From: a virus
Taxonomy: Duplodnaviria > Caudoviricetes
Virus record (IMG/VR): IMGVR_UViG_3300032280_000320
Location: 32,001 to 96,000 of that record
Reading direction: 5' to 3' (one strand)
Length of the DNA stretch: 64,000 bases
A model generated the notes under the pieces. The model saw only the letters and a list, made by a program, of their open reading frames with translations, was not told the DNA's origin and ran no database searches. Both the position numbers and the translations under genes were made by a program. Of the stretch, positions 47,618 to 56,646 are shown piece after piece. Positions within the stretch are counted from its first letter, which is position 1. The number at the start of each line of letters is the position of its first letter.

Positions 47618-48205
47618 TTAGTGAACTATTGTTCCATTTCTCCAAAAATGCGGTATAAATATTTTTCTGCCAGAAGTTAACTTTAAAGAGCCATGTAAAT
47701 ATGGCTCTTTTGAAGGAAACAAAATAATACTACCAGCTTTTGGCTTTAGTGTTATATTCTGCTTGCTAAAGTATATCTCTCCTCCTTCATAATTATCATT
47801 TAGATATATTACAAAAGAATATTCAAGCATTTTTTGATCTTCGTTCCAATCAGTATGCTGACCCATTTCTTGTCCCTCAGCATATTTATTTAAAACAAAA
47901 TCTTTAGCTATTCCAGGCTCATCTTCTATATCATATAGTTTAGCATATTCTTTAGCACAAGCGTACATGGCATCAATTATTTCCATTGTAAGTTTGCCTG
48001 AATCTGACTCCCGCTGTGAAGAATCTTTTATTGATATAAATTTTCTTTCTCCATAGACATATGTTGTTTCTGCATTTGCTTCCCAGCTTACCCAATCTGA
48101 AATAACATCATCACTGATTGAATCAACTTTTTCAACCCATTTTTCTGGGTTTGATATTGCGTCTTCAAAATAAACTATTTTATCATATAGAACTTGAGAT
48201 TTCAT
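47618..48205 (-). CDS. prolyl-4-hydroxylase-like 2OG-Fe(II) oxygenase
   Basis: HTD...YLNDNYEGGEI...PYLH...GRK. Confidence 0.88.
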   Translation of the reverse strand: MKSQVLYDKIVYFEDAISNPEKWVEKVDSISDDVISDWVSWEANAETTYVYGERKFISIKDSSQRESDSGKLTMEIIDAMYACAKEYAKLYDIEDEPGIAKDFVLNKYAEGQEMGQHTDWNEDQKMLEYSFVIYLNDNYEGGEIYFSKQNITLKPKAGSIILFPSKEPYLHGSLKLTSGRKIFIPHFWRNGTIVH

Positions 48206-48206
48206 A

Positions 48207-48950
48207 TTAAAGACCCTTTGCTGGCCTACTAGAAACTCCTGGTCCTGGTAAAAGCCTTTCTCCTCGTTCTCTCATCTCAGCCCATTCTTCAGCATCTTTT
48301 GCTTGCTGTAGTCTTGCTTCTGCGATTTCCGTTTCCCATCTAGCTCTTGTTTCATCAGTATATTCTATTTCTTCAAAATCCCAAAACGATCCAACTGTAT
48401 ATCTTGTGCCATCTTCTATTGGTAGGACTTCGTGTATATTGTGATGTCCGCCCTCAAATGCTGCAAGCAGTCCTTTTCTTGGCTTTATTGTTATCTCGTG
48501 ATCTCTAAAGTTAAGCTCTCCACCTTCAAAGTCATCGTTAAGATAAAGGAATGTTGCCATTTTACTTCTTTCAAATGCATTATACTCTGGGCTATCTAAT
48601 GGAGTATTGTCTGAATGGAATCCAGCAAATGCTCCTTTTATCCATTTTTGTGAATGATAGCTAACTTTTCTAAGTGGTCCACCTCTTGTATCTTCGGTGG
48701 CAGCTTTAATTCCAGCCTCTAAATCTGTAAAGAAGTTTGCTGGTAGCCCAAACTGAAGCATGTCGTCATCTTCTGGTAAGTTTGAAGAGAATGATTCGTA
48801 GAAAGAAATTGGTCCCCAAATAAGAGTACCCTTTTCTGTTGAGTGTTCCCAATACTTTAATATAGCATCACAGTGTTCTGGCGATATGAAGTTTTCGTAT
48901 AAAACTACATCGCTTTTTAAAACCTTCTTGCCATCAAGATTATATATCAT
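48207..48950 (-). CDS. prolyl-4-hydroxylase-like 2OG-Fe(II) oxygenase
   Basis: HSD...YLNDDFEGGEL...NIHEV...GTRY. Confidence 0.88.
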   Translation of the reverse strand: MIYNLDGKKVLKSDVVLYENFISPEHCDAILKYWEHSTEKGTLIWGPISFYESFSSNLPEDDDMLQFGLPANFFTDLEAGIKAATEDTRGGPLRKVSYHSQKWIKGAFAGFHSDNTPLDSPEYNAFERSKMATFLYLNDDFEGGELNFRDHEITIKPRKGLLAAFEGGHHNIHEVLPIEDGTRYTVGSFWDFEEIEYTDETRARWETEIAEARLQQAKDAEEWAEMRERGERLLPGPGVSSRPAKGL

Positions 48951-49788
48951 TTAGTCTTCTCGCTTTCGATACGTCTTGTCGATTTATCTGTTGATAAACT
49001 CCGTTTGCCCTGTCTCTTTTCCATCTTTCTCTTTCCATCTCTGCCCATATTTCTTCTCCATAAAGCTGCTGGTTTTTTATCCATTCTTCAGTGCCTTCAT
49101 GAAATCTAAGCATATTGTTTCTGATAAAGTACTTTGGCTTACCCGTAATTTTTCTAACTCCATGATGGTATAACTCATCACCATCTGTTAAGAAATTAGG
49201 ATCTCCTGCTGGGAAAACAATTACATCTCCAGCTTTTGGCTTATAGTAAAATAGCTTATCATTTATATAAAAATCAACTCCGCCGCCTTCGTAGTCATCA
49301 TTTAAATACATAGTTACGGTTACAGCAAAATTATATCCTCTAGCGTCTCTTTTTTCTACTTGGTAGTCTGTGTGATAGTGCATTGCAAGATCTAGTGCTA
49401 CTTCTGCTTCTTCATTATACTTGCATATAGAAGGACCCATTTTTATCCATTTGTTTTTTGATTTACCATCAACTTCATCAAGAAACGATTCAAATGAATA
49501 TTCAACATTATTTTTCTTAAAATAGTCATCAACTACTGTGAAAAATACTCCTTCTATTTCTGCTAAAGCTTCTCTTTCTTTTATGACCCTTGGAGTGTCT
49601 TCTGCATCACGAATAAAATTATCTGCTTCTAGACCAAACGTATACCAATCTTCCCAAGGATGAATCATTGACCCTTCAGGATTTACCTCTGACTCTATTA
49701 TTGTATTTAAAAGTGAGTCTAGGTCTCTGAATGTGTTAGAATAAACAAAAATCTTTGGATAAATTTCTCTGTACTGAAGTTCACTCAC
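48940..49788 (-). CDS. prolyl-4-hydroxylase-like 2OG-Fe(II) oxygenase
   Basis: HTD...YLNDDYEGGGV...YHHGV...KPKY. Confidence 0.88.
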   Translation of the reverse strand: MSELQYREIYPKIFVYSNTFRDLDSLLNTIIESEVNPEGSMIHPWEDWYTFGLEADNFIRDAEDTPRVIKEREALAEIEGVFFTVVDDYFKKNNVEYSFESFLDEVDGKSKNKWIKMGPSICKYNEEAEVALDLAMHYHTDYQVEKRDARGYNFAVTVTMYLNDDYEGGGVDFYINDKLFYYKPKAGDVIVFPAGDPNFLTDGDELYHHGVRKITGKPKYFIRNNMLRFHEGTEEWIKNQQLYGEEIWAEMERERWKRDRANGVYQQINRQDVSKARRLNDI

Positions 49789-50474
49789 GGCTGCTTTTCT
49801 CCTGTATGTTTTAATATATTCCAGAAAAATGGTGAGGTATATCTATTACCAGATAATACTGGTCTTACTCCATGAACATAATTTCTATCTCCTGGGAAGA
49901 AGTAAGCTGATCCAGCATTTGGCTTAAATTCAATTCCTTGTATTGGAAAAAATAGTTCTCCGCCTTCGTAGTCATCGTTAAAATAAAATATTGATGCAAT
50001 GTCGTAATGTGGGAAATCGTTAGGTGTTCCAGCATCTGGGCCTTCATGAAGTTCTTTGTCTGCATGAGGATCTTGTCTAGTTCCAACTGGCCATCTTACA
50101 ATAGCTGGTCCTGTTGCCTGTACATCTACATCAAAAAATTTATCTACTTCTTTTTTAAGTCTGACAATTAATCCTTCAACAACAGCTACAATTGAAGGGT
50201 CATGTGATATATCCATTGATTTTCTTGTGCATACTCTGTCTGCCCAGACGTTTGCATCATATATAACTGTCCCGTTTTCATTAAAATGTGACTCTGTTAT
50301 ATCCCATGTCTTGTTGCTAAATGCAAAATCAGTTAATCTTTGCTTTTCTGATTCAGTTAAGAAGTTTTTTAACTCAACAATATTATCTGTTGAATCACCA
50401 AAAAAACCAGAAGGTGTAATTGATGTAAGCTCTTTGTAATTATGCTCTTTGTTTGTATTTACTTGCTTTTGCAT
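49785..50474 (-). CDS. prolyl-4-hydroxylase-like 2OG-Fe(II) oxygenase
   Basis: HAD...YFNDDYEGGEL...YVHGV...GNRY; probable start MQKQ at 50474 (GGAG Shine-Dalgarno). Confidence 0.88.
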   Translation of the reverse strand: MQKQVNTNKEHNYKELTSITPSGFFGDSTDNIVELKNFLTESEKQRLTDFAFSNKTWDITESHFNENGTVIYDANVWADRVCTRKSMDISHDPSIVAVVEGLIVRLKKEVDKFFDVDVQATGPAIVRWPVGTRQDPHADKELHEGPDAGTPNDFPHYDIASIFYFNDDYEGGELFFPIQGIEFKPNAGSAYFFPGDRNYVHGVRPVLSGNRYTSPFFWNILKHTGEKQP

Positions 50475-50482
50475 TTTTTCTC

Positions 50483-51232
50483 CTATTGGTATTTTCTTTT
50501 TGACCAAAACTTCTTTTTATAGACTCCACCATCTGGTGTTCTAAATGTATTAGCTGTCTCCATATGCTTTTGTAAAATCTCTTCTGCCGTCCTAAAAACC
50601 AAGTCTGATTCCCAGTCTTCTCTTTTGAAAGGAATTATTTGCATATACGGTGTGCCTGCTGGCACTACGCCTGTAAAACCTTTTTGCAAGAAAAACGGGA
50701 TAAGACCTGAGTTAGTTACCTTATCACTATCTATTATACCAGCCACTGTTAAAAATGGTAAATCAAATCTATTAACTGGCGATAGGTATATTGCACTATA
50801 TCCTTCTGGAAGTACTGGTGCCCAATTTGCATACCAATGAAAATGATCATCGTCATACCCTGCTGGGGTTACAAATCCTTCCATGACTGTTCTTTCTCCA
50901 ACAAAATCTTCAAAACCAATATCTGTCTTGACTTTTGTTCTCCCACGCTTTTCATAAAACTCAATATCGCATGGAGTAAGTAGGGCATATCCTGTTGTAA
51001 ATATATCAAGTATTGCTGGGCAGGACTTATACGACATGACCTTTGATACCCCATCTTGGTTTACGTAAGGTACGCCATTTGGATCTTTAATATAAATGCT
51101 TGCATCTTGCCACCATTTTGCAATTGATTTACTCATAGGAGATGGGGAATGAGTGCCATCTTTTTTATTATAAGTTTTATTAGAATGAAATGTTATTTTA
51201 TTTGTCACTGCAGGCCACTGGCTTTCCGTCAT
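50483..51232 (-). CDS. DUF6065-like protein (oxygenase-cluster associated)
   Basis: YKSCPAILDIFTTGYALLTPCDI...GIIDSD...AGTPYMQIIPFKR; recognised by eye, start uncertain. Confidence 0.55.
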   Translation of the reverse strand: MTESQWPAVTNKITFHSNKTYNKKDGTHSPSPMSKSIAKWWQDASIYIKDPNGVPYVNQDGVSKVMSYKSCPAILDIFTTGYALLTPCDIEFYEKRGRTKVKTDIGFEDFVGERTVMEGFVTPAGYDDDHFHWYANWAPVLPEGYSAIYLSPVNRFDLPFLTVAGIIDSDKVTNSGLIPFFLQKGFTGVVPAGTPYMQIIPFKREDWESDLVFRTAEEILQKHMETANTFRTPDGGVYKKKFWSKRKYQ

Positions 51233-51920
51233 TAACCTTTAATCTTAAAGCTTTTATTTCATGATCACCTATTTTATTACCATAATGATCTACGCCATCT
51301 CTATAGAAATTTGTCCATTTGCCAGCCTTATTTATTTCATAAACAATATCTCCATATTTATCATCTGGGAAAAACCCTGGAGGCAATTCAAACATATCAC
51401 GAACTACCGCTTCTGAGTTGTTTAGTTCTTGTAATGATATTGGCATTATGGATATTACTGGTGTGCCAGCCTTAATAGTAATTACTGTATCTGGTCTAGT
51501 AATTCTCCATGCTACTGGAAATTCACCTTTAAAGAATGAAGTTGATATAACTCCAGTAAATGGGTGTGCTCCGTCTATAAATTGATTAGGGACGGGCATT
51601 CCCATTATACTGAGGTTCTCTTCAGTTCTAAAAAGCAAACCAGTATTAAAGCTTATAGTTGCATTTCCTCTTGTGTTATGTGCGTACTTTTCTCCTGAAA
51701 GGATCTTTACGTGATCTGATTCTGAATTAGAAATGCCATCCCATATAAAGCTAATATCCTCTGGGAAAGATATCCCCCAACCAAGAGCATTTGAAAGACT
51801 TACTGGAAAGCATTTATATGCATGCGCCTCATAAGTTTCGTCCATCCAGGATCTTTTTATTCCCAGTGGCTCAAGCTTTCCATAGTTTGCTCTTGTTTGG
51901 TAGACATCAAATTTGTGCAT
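51198..51920 (-). CDS. DUF6065-family protein
   Basis: RSWMDET...HAYKCFPVSLSNALGWGI...IWDG...GVIST...WRITRP...AGTP. Confidence 0.65.
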   Translation of the reverse strand: MHKFDVYQTRANYGKLEPLGIKRSWMDETYEAHAYKCFPVSLSNALGWGISFPEDISFIWDGISNSESDHVKILSGEKYAHNTRGNATISFNTGLLFRTEENLSIMGMPVPNQFIDGAHPFTGVISTSFFKGEFPVAWRITRPDTVITIKAGTPVISIMPISLQELNNSEAVVRDMFELPPGFFPDDKYGDIVYEINKAGKWTNFYRDGVDHYGNKIGDHEIKALRLKVNDGKPVACSDK

Positions 51921-52597
51921 TAGTACTCACTATCTTTTAATGAAAGATTCGTAGCATGTTGTTTATAAAATTCTGGCGAATGTGCAGAATCATTATAGTC
52001 AGTCATTGTTACTAAGGAATATTTTGTTCCAGTTAGAACTGGCATTGCTCTATGTGAAAATAAATACGTTGATGGAAAAATAAATAAGTCTCCAGCATTT
52101 GGTTTTACCTCAATCCCAAGTTTTCCAAAGCTTAATCCGCCACCCTCGTAATCATCATTTAGGTATCCAACCATTGAAACTGTAGCAATATATGACCAGC
52201 CGTGGTCAGCATGCTCAGCAAAGTGTTGCCCTGGACCATACTTAATAAAATTCATTGCTTCCCAATACTTCATATCAATATTGTAAAACTTTGAGTAGTC
52301 ATCTAGTGCAACCTTTTGAGCGTCATAAAGATCTTGCCATACTCTATCAAATTCAAGCATGTACTCATCTTTGCCTGGGTAGTCCATCTTTTTTAATTTA
52401 AAATCGTAGCAATCACGATATTCTGGAATTTTTTCTCTATAGCCTACAGTGGCTTCTTTCCAGTTATGCAGTCCATTACTTGCCTTTAGAGTATTTTCAA
52501 CTCTTTCAATGGCATTGATTTCTGGCTTTAATACGTCACGGTATAGCCATAATCCAGGAAACAGCTCTTCTTTTGAAGAGTATCCAATATTTGACAT
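51920..52597 (-). CDS. prolyl-4-hydroxylase-like 2OG-Fe(II) oxygenase
   Basis: KYGPGQHFAEHADH...YLNDDYEGGGL...FSHRAMPVLTGTKY. Confidence 0.9.
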   Translation of the reverse strand: MSNIGYSSKEELFPGLWLYRDVLKPEINAIERVENTLKASNGLHNWKEATVGYREKIPEYRDCYDFKLKKMDYPGKDEYMLEFDRVWQDLYDAQKVALDDYSKFYNIDMKYWEAMNFIKYGPGQHFAEHADHGWSYIATVSMVGYLNDDYEGGGLSFGKLGIEVKPNAGDLFIFPSTYLFSHRAMPVLTGTKYSLVTMTDYNDSAHSPEFYKQHATNLSLKDSEY

Positions 52598-52642
52598 TAA
52601 TTACTTCTTTCTATTATTATCTAAATTAATAAAAAAATTAAT

Positions 52643-53035
52643 TTAGCTCCAAGCACTTCCAGTTTCTGGTAGGGTTTCAGAAGTTACTGGGTAAACTGAT
52701 ATACCTTCAGCTGCAGCCTTTATAAATGCCTGTACTGTTCCTGTACTTACATACATAACTCTTTTTATATAAAATATTTTATTGTCAGAGATAAAAGCAA
52801 ATCTGTGCTGTCCTTCTACAATGTGTGCTGGTTCACTGTCATCATGAGTAAAAGATGTTCCATCCCATGTTGAGCCAATTCTTGCCTCTTCATTATCTGT
52901 TATATCAATAATGCCAGTTGTATTATCAAATCCCGCTTTTTTTCTAGGATATGAAGGAGCTTCTGGATCTAATGTTACTGTTCCTAGAACAATATTATCT
53001 GAAACAAAAACGTATGAATTTTCTATAATTGCCAT
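52643..53035 (-). CDS. small two-repeat protein, possible fibre assembly chaperone
   Basis: Internal duplication (YVFVSDNIV...IGSTWDG / FAFISDNKI...TGSAWS); directly downstream of a PPxF gene. Confidence 0.55.
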   Translation of the reverse strand: MAIIENSYVFVSDNIVLGTVTLDPEAPSYPRKKAGFDNTTGIIDITDNEEARIGSTWDGTSFTHDDSEPAHIVEGQHRFAFISDNKIFYIKRVMYVSTGTVQAFIKAAAEGISVYPVTSETLPETGSAWS

Positions 53036-53054
53036 TTTTTTTCTCCTGTCAATA

Positions 53055-53063
53055 ATTATATCA
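53055..53063 (-). promoter_or_regulatory. extended -10 promoter (TGA-TATAAT) heading the oxygenase cluster
   Basis: Followed by AGGAG Shine-Dalgarno and ATG at 53035. Confidence 0.6.
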
Positions 53064-53095
53064 TTTAAGTGGGGCTGTTGCCAGCCCCACTTAAA
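53064..53095. terminator. 14-bp perfect hairpin after the PPxF gene
   Basis: TTTAAGTGGGGCTG-TTGC-CAGCCCCACTTAAA. Confidence 0.65.
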
Positions 53096-53101
53096 CTTAA
53101 T

Positions 53102-54067
53102 TTAGTATCTGAATCCGAACCGTGGTGGTGCGAAGTACGGTGGGAAGTATGGTGGTGAGAATCCGAAGTACGGATATCCTCCAAAGTAAGGTGGGAAGTA
53201 TGGTGGTGAGAACCCGAAGTACGGTGGGAAGAATGGTGGGAAGTGTGGTGGGAAGAATGGTGGGAAGTGTGGTGGGAAGAACGGTGGGAAGAATGGTGGG
53301 AAGTGTGGTGGGAAGAATGGTGGGAAGTATGGTGGGAAGAACGGTGGGAAGAATGGTGGGAAGTACGGTGGGAAGAATGGTGGGAAGTGTGGTGGGAAGA
53401 ACGGTGGGAAGAACGGCGGGAAGTGAGGTGGGAAGAACGGTGGGAAGAACGGCGGGAAGTGAGGTGGTGTAAAGGTTGTAACCTGATTAGTACCCACTCC
53501 TGCTGATGTTCCGTTTGCGTTTAATGCATAAACTGTATAACTTTGTGTTGTATTACCTGTCTCTGATATGTCTTTTGGAGATACAGAGTTTACGTAAGAT
53601 GGGCCGTCTGAAGAAACTATAGTATAACTTGATACTGCTTTTCCTCCATCTGATGTCGGTGCGTCCCATGTAACTCGGTCAGTGTTATTAGCAGGAGTTG
53701 TTGCAACTGCGTTTCTTGGTGCTGAAGGAACTGTGGTTGCTGTTACTGCAGCAGATGCAGCAGATGCAGCAGAAGTTCCAGCAGCATTTGTTGCAGTTAC
53801 TGTAAATGTTACAGATGCTGCTGACGCAATACCTTCAACAAGAAGTGGAGAAGATGCTCCAGTTTTTGTTTGTCCAGTACTTGCTGTTACTGTATATGAT
53901 GTAGCGGCAGGAGAGAGTGCTGGTAGGGAAAAAGCTACAGATACTGCAGCATTATTAAATGCTCTACCCGTTCCAACATCTGTTCCTGTGACACCTATCG
54001 GTGCTAAAGGCTCTAAGAAGTCATTTGACGCCTGAGACTTTTTACCTATTTTCTTACCTGATGCCAT
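53102..54067 (-). CDS. FN3-domain virion protein with C-terminal (PPxF)n repeat tail
   Basis: Two FN3-like domains ([13 protein letters not shown]; VPSAPRN...[11 protein letters not shown]...[12 protein letters not shown]), then 26 PP[F/H/Y/R]F units ending PPRFGFRY. Confidence 0.85.
   Translation of the reverse strand: MASGKKIGKKSQASNDFLEPLAPIGVTGTDVGTGRAFNNAAVSVAFSLPALSPAATSYTVTASTGQTKTGASSPLLVEGIASAASVTFTVTATNAAGTSAASAASAAVTATTVPSAPRNAVATTPANNTDRVTWDAPTSDGGKAVSSYTIVSSDGPSYVNSVSPKDISETGNTTQSYTVYALNANGTSAGVGTNQVTTFTPPHFPPFFPPFFPPHFPPFFPPFFPPHFPPFFPPYFPPFFPPFFPPYFPPFFPPHFPPFFPPFFPPHFPPFFPPHFPPFFPPYFGFSPPYFPPYFGGYPYFGFSPPYFPPYFAPPRFGFRY
53105..53468 (-). repeat. 12-bp coding tandem repeat (PPxF)
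   Basis: + strand GGTGGGAAG(AAC/AAT/TGT/TAC/TAT/TGA) units; 21 contiguous units plus interrupted ones. Confidence 0.95.
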
Positions 54068-54099
54068 TTTTATCTCCTAATTTCTTACTGAATTTTTTA

Positions 54100-56133
54100 T
54101 TACGCTGTCAAGTCGCCGAAGACAACCCATGTATTTTGTGCTCTCTTGAATAGAGTTGCAGATGACCATTGGGTTCTCAACTTTAATCCTGGTGTTGCAT
54201 TTACTGTTACTCCTGCACCTGCGGCTACTGTTACTTGACCTGCTCCAGTTTGAAGAATATCAATTGAAGTTCCAATTGGATAATCAACTGCTGATGCTGG
54301 TGGAATTGTTAGAGTTAGTGCTGATCCTGAACCCATTTCAATTAGGTCATCTCTTTCAGTTAGTGATGAAAGTGTGTATGATGCTGTCTTCTGTGAAATT
54401 GGTGTTAAAGAGTCTACCTTTAATCCAAGGCTAGTTGTTACTGTTGCTGCAAAGTTTGCATCATCACCAAGGGCTGCAGCAAGCTCATCAAGTGTGTTAA
54501 GGGCTGCTGGAGCACCTGTTAGTAGTGCGTTAACCTGTGATGTAGCATCTGCGATTGCTTCTGCTTTTGCAGTTGCGATTGCTGAAGCTTGTGCTGTAGA
54601 TACTGGCTTTGCTGTATCTGCTGTGTTATTAACATTACCAAGACCTAAGCTTGTTGCTGTAACTGCTGCAACTTCTGACTTAAGAGCAAGAAGTGATGTG
54701 TCTGCAATGCCATGTACTGCTGTTGTATCTAATGTATGTGTTGAAACTGCTGAATCTGCATAAGCTTTTGTTGCAAGATCTGCGGTGTTTGCAATTCCGT
54801 GAACATTTGTTTCATCTGCTGCGTGGGTTGTTAGATCTCCTGCATTTGCTTTTAAGTCTAATGCTGTCTGTGTAGCAGTTGAAATTGGCTTTGCTGCATC
54901 TGCTGTATCATCTACGTTAGAAAGACCAACCATGCCCTTAGTTATTCCGCCAACTGTACCAGTAAATACTGGTGAAGCTAGTGGTGCTTTTTCATCTAAC
55001 TGAGTCTGTACGTTAGATGTAACATTGTTTAGGTATCCAATTTCAGTGTTTGAAACATCACCGATTGATGTTGTTGCTGGAAGTGTTACTGATCCTGTAA
55101 ATACAGGGCCTGCTGAAGGAGCTTTGCTATCTAACTGAACTTGTATGGCAGATGTTACTCCGTTGACATATCCAATTTCAGTGTTTGAAACATCACCGAT
55201 TGATGTTGTTGCTGGAAGTGTTACTGATCCTGTAAATACAGGGCCTGCTGAAGGAGCTTTAGCATCTAGCTGTACTTGTAGGTTTGATGTTACTCCATCT
55301 ACATATCCAATTTCAGTTGCTGAAACGTTTCCAATTGTTGTTGTTGAAGGAAGAACAACTCCTCCAGTAAATGTTGGTGAATTTAGTGGAGCTTTAGTAT
55401 CTATTGCTGTTAGTGCTCCCTGTACAACAGAAGCGTCAGCCTTTGCTGTTAATGCTGTTGTTACTGTAGATGCAAAGTTAGCATCATCGCCAAGGGCATC
55501 TGCAAGTTCGCTTAATGTATTTAAAACTGCTGGTGCTGCACCAACAAGTTGAGCAAATGCTTGATCTGTGTATGACTCTGCATACATCTTTGTTGCCATA
55601 ACTGATGTGTCGGCTGATACTGTAATTGTGTTAGCTACATCGTCGTATGACTTTGTTACACCAGTTCCAGCAATCATTGCTGTATTAACTGCGTCTTGAG
55701 CAGATTCTGCTAATTCAGATTTTACTGCAATCACGCTAGTATCTACGCTTACAGTAATAGTATTAGCTGCATCGTCGTATGACTTTGTGATTCCAGTTCC
55801 AGCGGTAATTGCTGTATTAACTGCATCTTGTGATAACTCTGTTATATCTAATTGAGATGCTGGCACTTTACCTGAACTGTTAAGTGATGCTACACCATTA
55901 GCCTGACCAAGTAGATTATCTTCAAGATAAGCTCCTACTCTATTCTCTAAATCAGACAATGGTTCATTTGCATAAGGAAGGGCATTCCATGCCACGCTTC
56001 CAGTTCCAAATTTAAAATAATTTGTGTCGGACTCTAGTCCAACTTCTCCTGCTGCTAGAATTGGGTTAACTTGAGCCCATTGAGCTTCTGTTCCTCTTCT
56101 TACTTGAATTCTTACTGTTGACATATTTGCCAC
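54100..56133 (-). CDS. fibre protein with Mtd-N-like N-terminus and internal repeats
   Basis: RIQVRRGTEAQWAQVNPILAAGEVGLESDT...KFGTG...WNALPY; two AP.xLNTLxELAxALGDDANFA modules; KAP..xP.FTG repeats; terminal LRTQWSSATL...WVVFGDL. Confidence 0.8.
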   Translation of the reverse strand: MANMSTVRIQVRRGTEAQWAQVNPILAAGEVGLESDTNYFKFGTGSVAWNALPYANEPLSDLENRVGAYLEDNLLGQANGVASLNSSGKVPASQLDITELSQDAVNTAITAGTGITKSYDDAANTITVSVDTSVIAVKSELAESAQDAVNTAMIAGTGVTKSYDDVANTITVSADTSVMATKMYAESYTDQAFAQLVGAAPAVLNTLSELADALGDDANFASTVTTALTAKADASVVQGALTAIDTKAPLNSPTFTGGVVLPSTTTIGNVSATEIGYVDGVTSNLQVQLDAKAPSAGPVFTGSVTLPATTSIGDVSNTEIGYVNGVTSAIQVQLDSKAPSAGPVFTGSVTLPATTSIGDVSNTEIGYLNNVTSNVQTQLDEKAPLASPVFTGTVGGITKGMVGLSNVDDTADAAKPISTATQTALDLKANAGDLTTHAADETNVHGIANTADLATKAYADSAVSTHTLDTTAVHGIADTSLLALKSEVAAVTATSLGLGNVNNTADTAKPVSTAQASAIATAKAEAIADATSQVNALLTGAPAALNTLDELAAALGDDANFAATVTTSLGLKVDSLTPISQKTASYTLSSLTERDDLIEMGSGSALTLTIPPASAVDYPIGTSIDILQTGAGQVTVAAGAGVTVNATPGLKLRTQWSSATLFKRAQNTWVVFGDLTA
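55034..55260. repeat. exact 92-bp direct repeat (period 135 bp = 45 aa) inside the fibre gene
   Basis: 55034-55125 is identical to 55169-55260; more diverged copies flank them. Confidence 0.85.
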
Positions 56134-56156
56134 CCCTAATTTAGACTTATTTTGTA

Positions 56157-56165
56157 ATTATAGCA
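56157..56165 (-). promoter_or_regulatory. extended -10 promoter (TGC-TATAAT)
   Basis: Intergenic, upstream of the fibre gene start at 56133. Confidence 0.55.
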
Positions 56166-56185
56166 TCATAAAAATTCAAAAACAA

Positions 56186-56575
56186 TTAACCAATTGTTCC
56201 TGAATCAAAAGTCATACTATAGCTTGTTGTGCCTGTATCTCCACCGTCTGCAAACTTTGTAGCCGTACTATTGACTCCATTTGCATAAACTGTGTATATT
56301 GGCTGACCATCAAAATCTATGGCCAAACCAATGTCCATAAATGTTAGTGCTGTTGTATCTTCGACTGCATCTTCTAAAAGAGCTATCTCTTTCCATACTC
56401 CGCCAACTTGGATCTTTAGTCTTCCAGTCGTCGAATCATACGCTAGGGGTGTTGAATTTAATACAAGATTATCTACATTTACGGCAGAAGAAAATGTTGC
56501 TGCTCCTGCTATTGTTGCTGCTCCTGCGACATTCAAGCCATTCTTTACTCTAAAGTTTTTATCTACTGTTGCCAT
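56186..56575 (-). CDS. small virion protein with acidic DGG-type C-terminus
   Basis: MATVDKNFRVKNGL N-terminus shared with the upstream gene; FADGG / FDSG tail. Confidence 0.65.
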   Translation of the reverse strand: MATVDKNFRVKNGLNVAGAATIAGAATFSSAVNVDNLVLNSTPLAYDSTTGRLKIQVGGVWKEIALLEDAVEDTTALTFMDIGLAIDFDGQPIYTVYANGVNSTATKFADGGDTGTTSYSMTFDSGTIG

Positions 56576-56608
56576 TTAAGTTCACATATCCCCTAATTGT
56601 TTTATTGT

Positions 56609-56631
56609 GGGGGATTTTTAAGGAATCCCCC
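56609..56631. terminator. hairpin after the Ala-rich fibre gene
   Basis: GGGGGATT...AATCCCCC stem. Confidence 0.5.
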
Positions 56632-56646
56632 AAAACCTTTATTTAA

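Noticed and set aside
46288-52597. Oxygenases as DNA base-modification (TET/JBP or AlkB) enzymes
   Set aside because: Motifs match the P4H-like branch; no methyltransferase, glycosyltransferase or nucleotide kinase is nearby, and the context is virion fibres. Disfavoured but not formally excluded.
53105-53468. GGTGGGAAG-NNN array as a CRISPR array (also 58795-59075)
   Set aside because: 12-bp period with no unique spacers, in frame within coding genes, and no cas operon; the Cas4-like gene at 1-212 sits in the recombination module.
53122-53506. + strand ORFs encoding WWEE/MVGR repeats (also 58831-59076, and minus-strand alternate frames 58764-59129 and 58889-59095)
   Set aside because: Shadows of the 12-bp repeat. 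Only the PPxF frame is continuous with folded domains and shows synonymous-only variation at the terminus.
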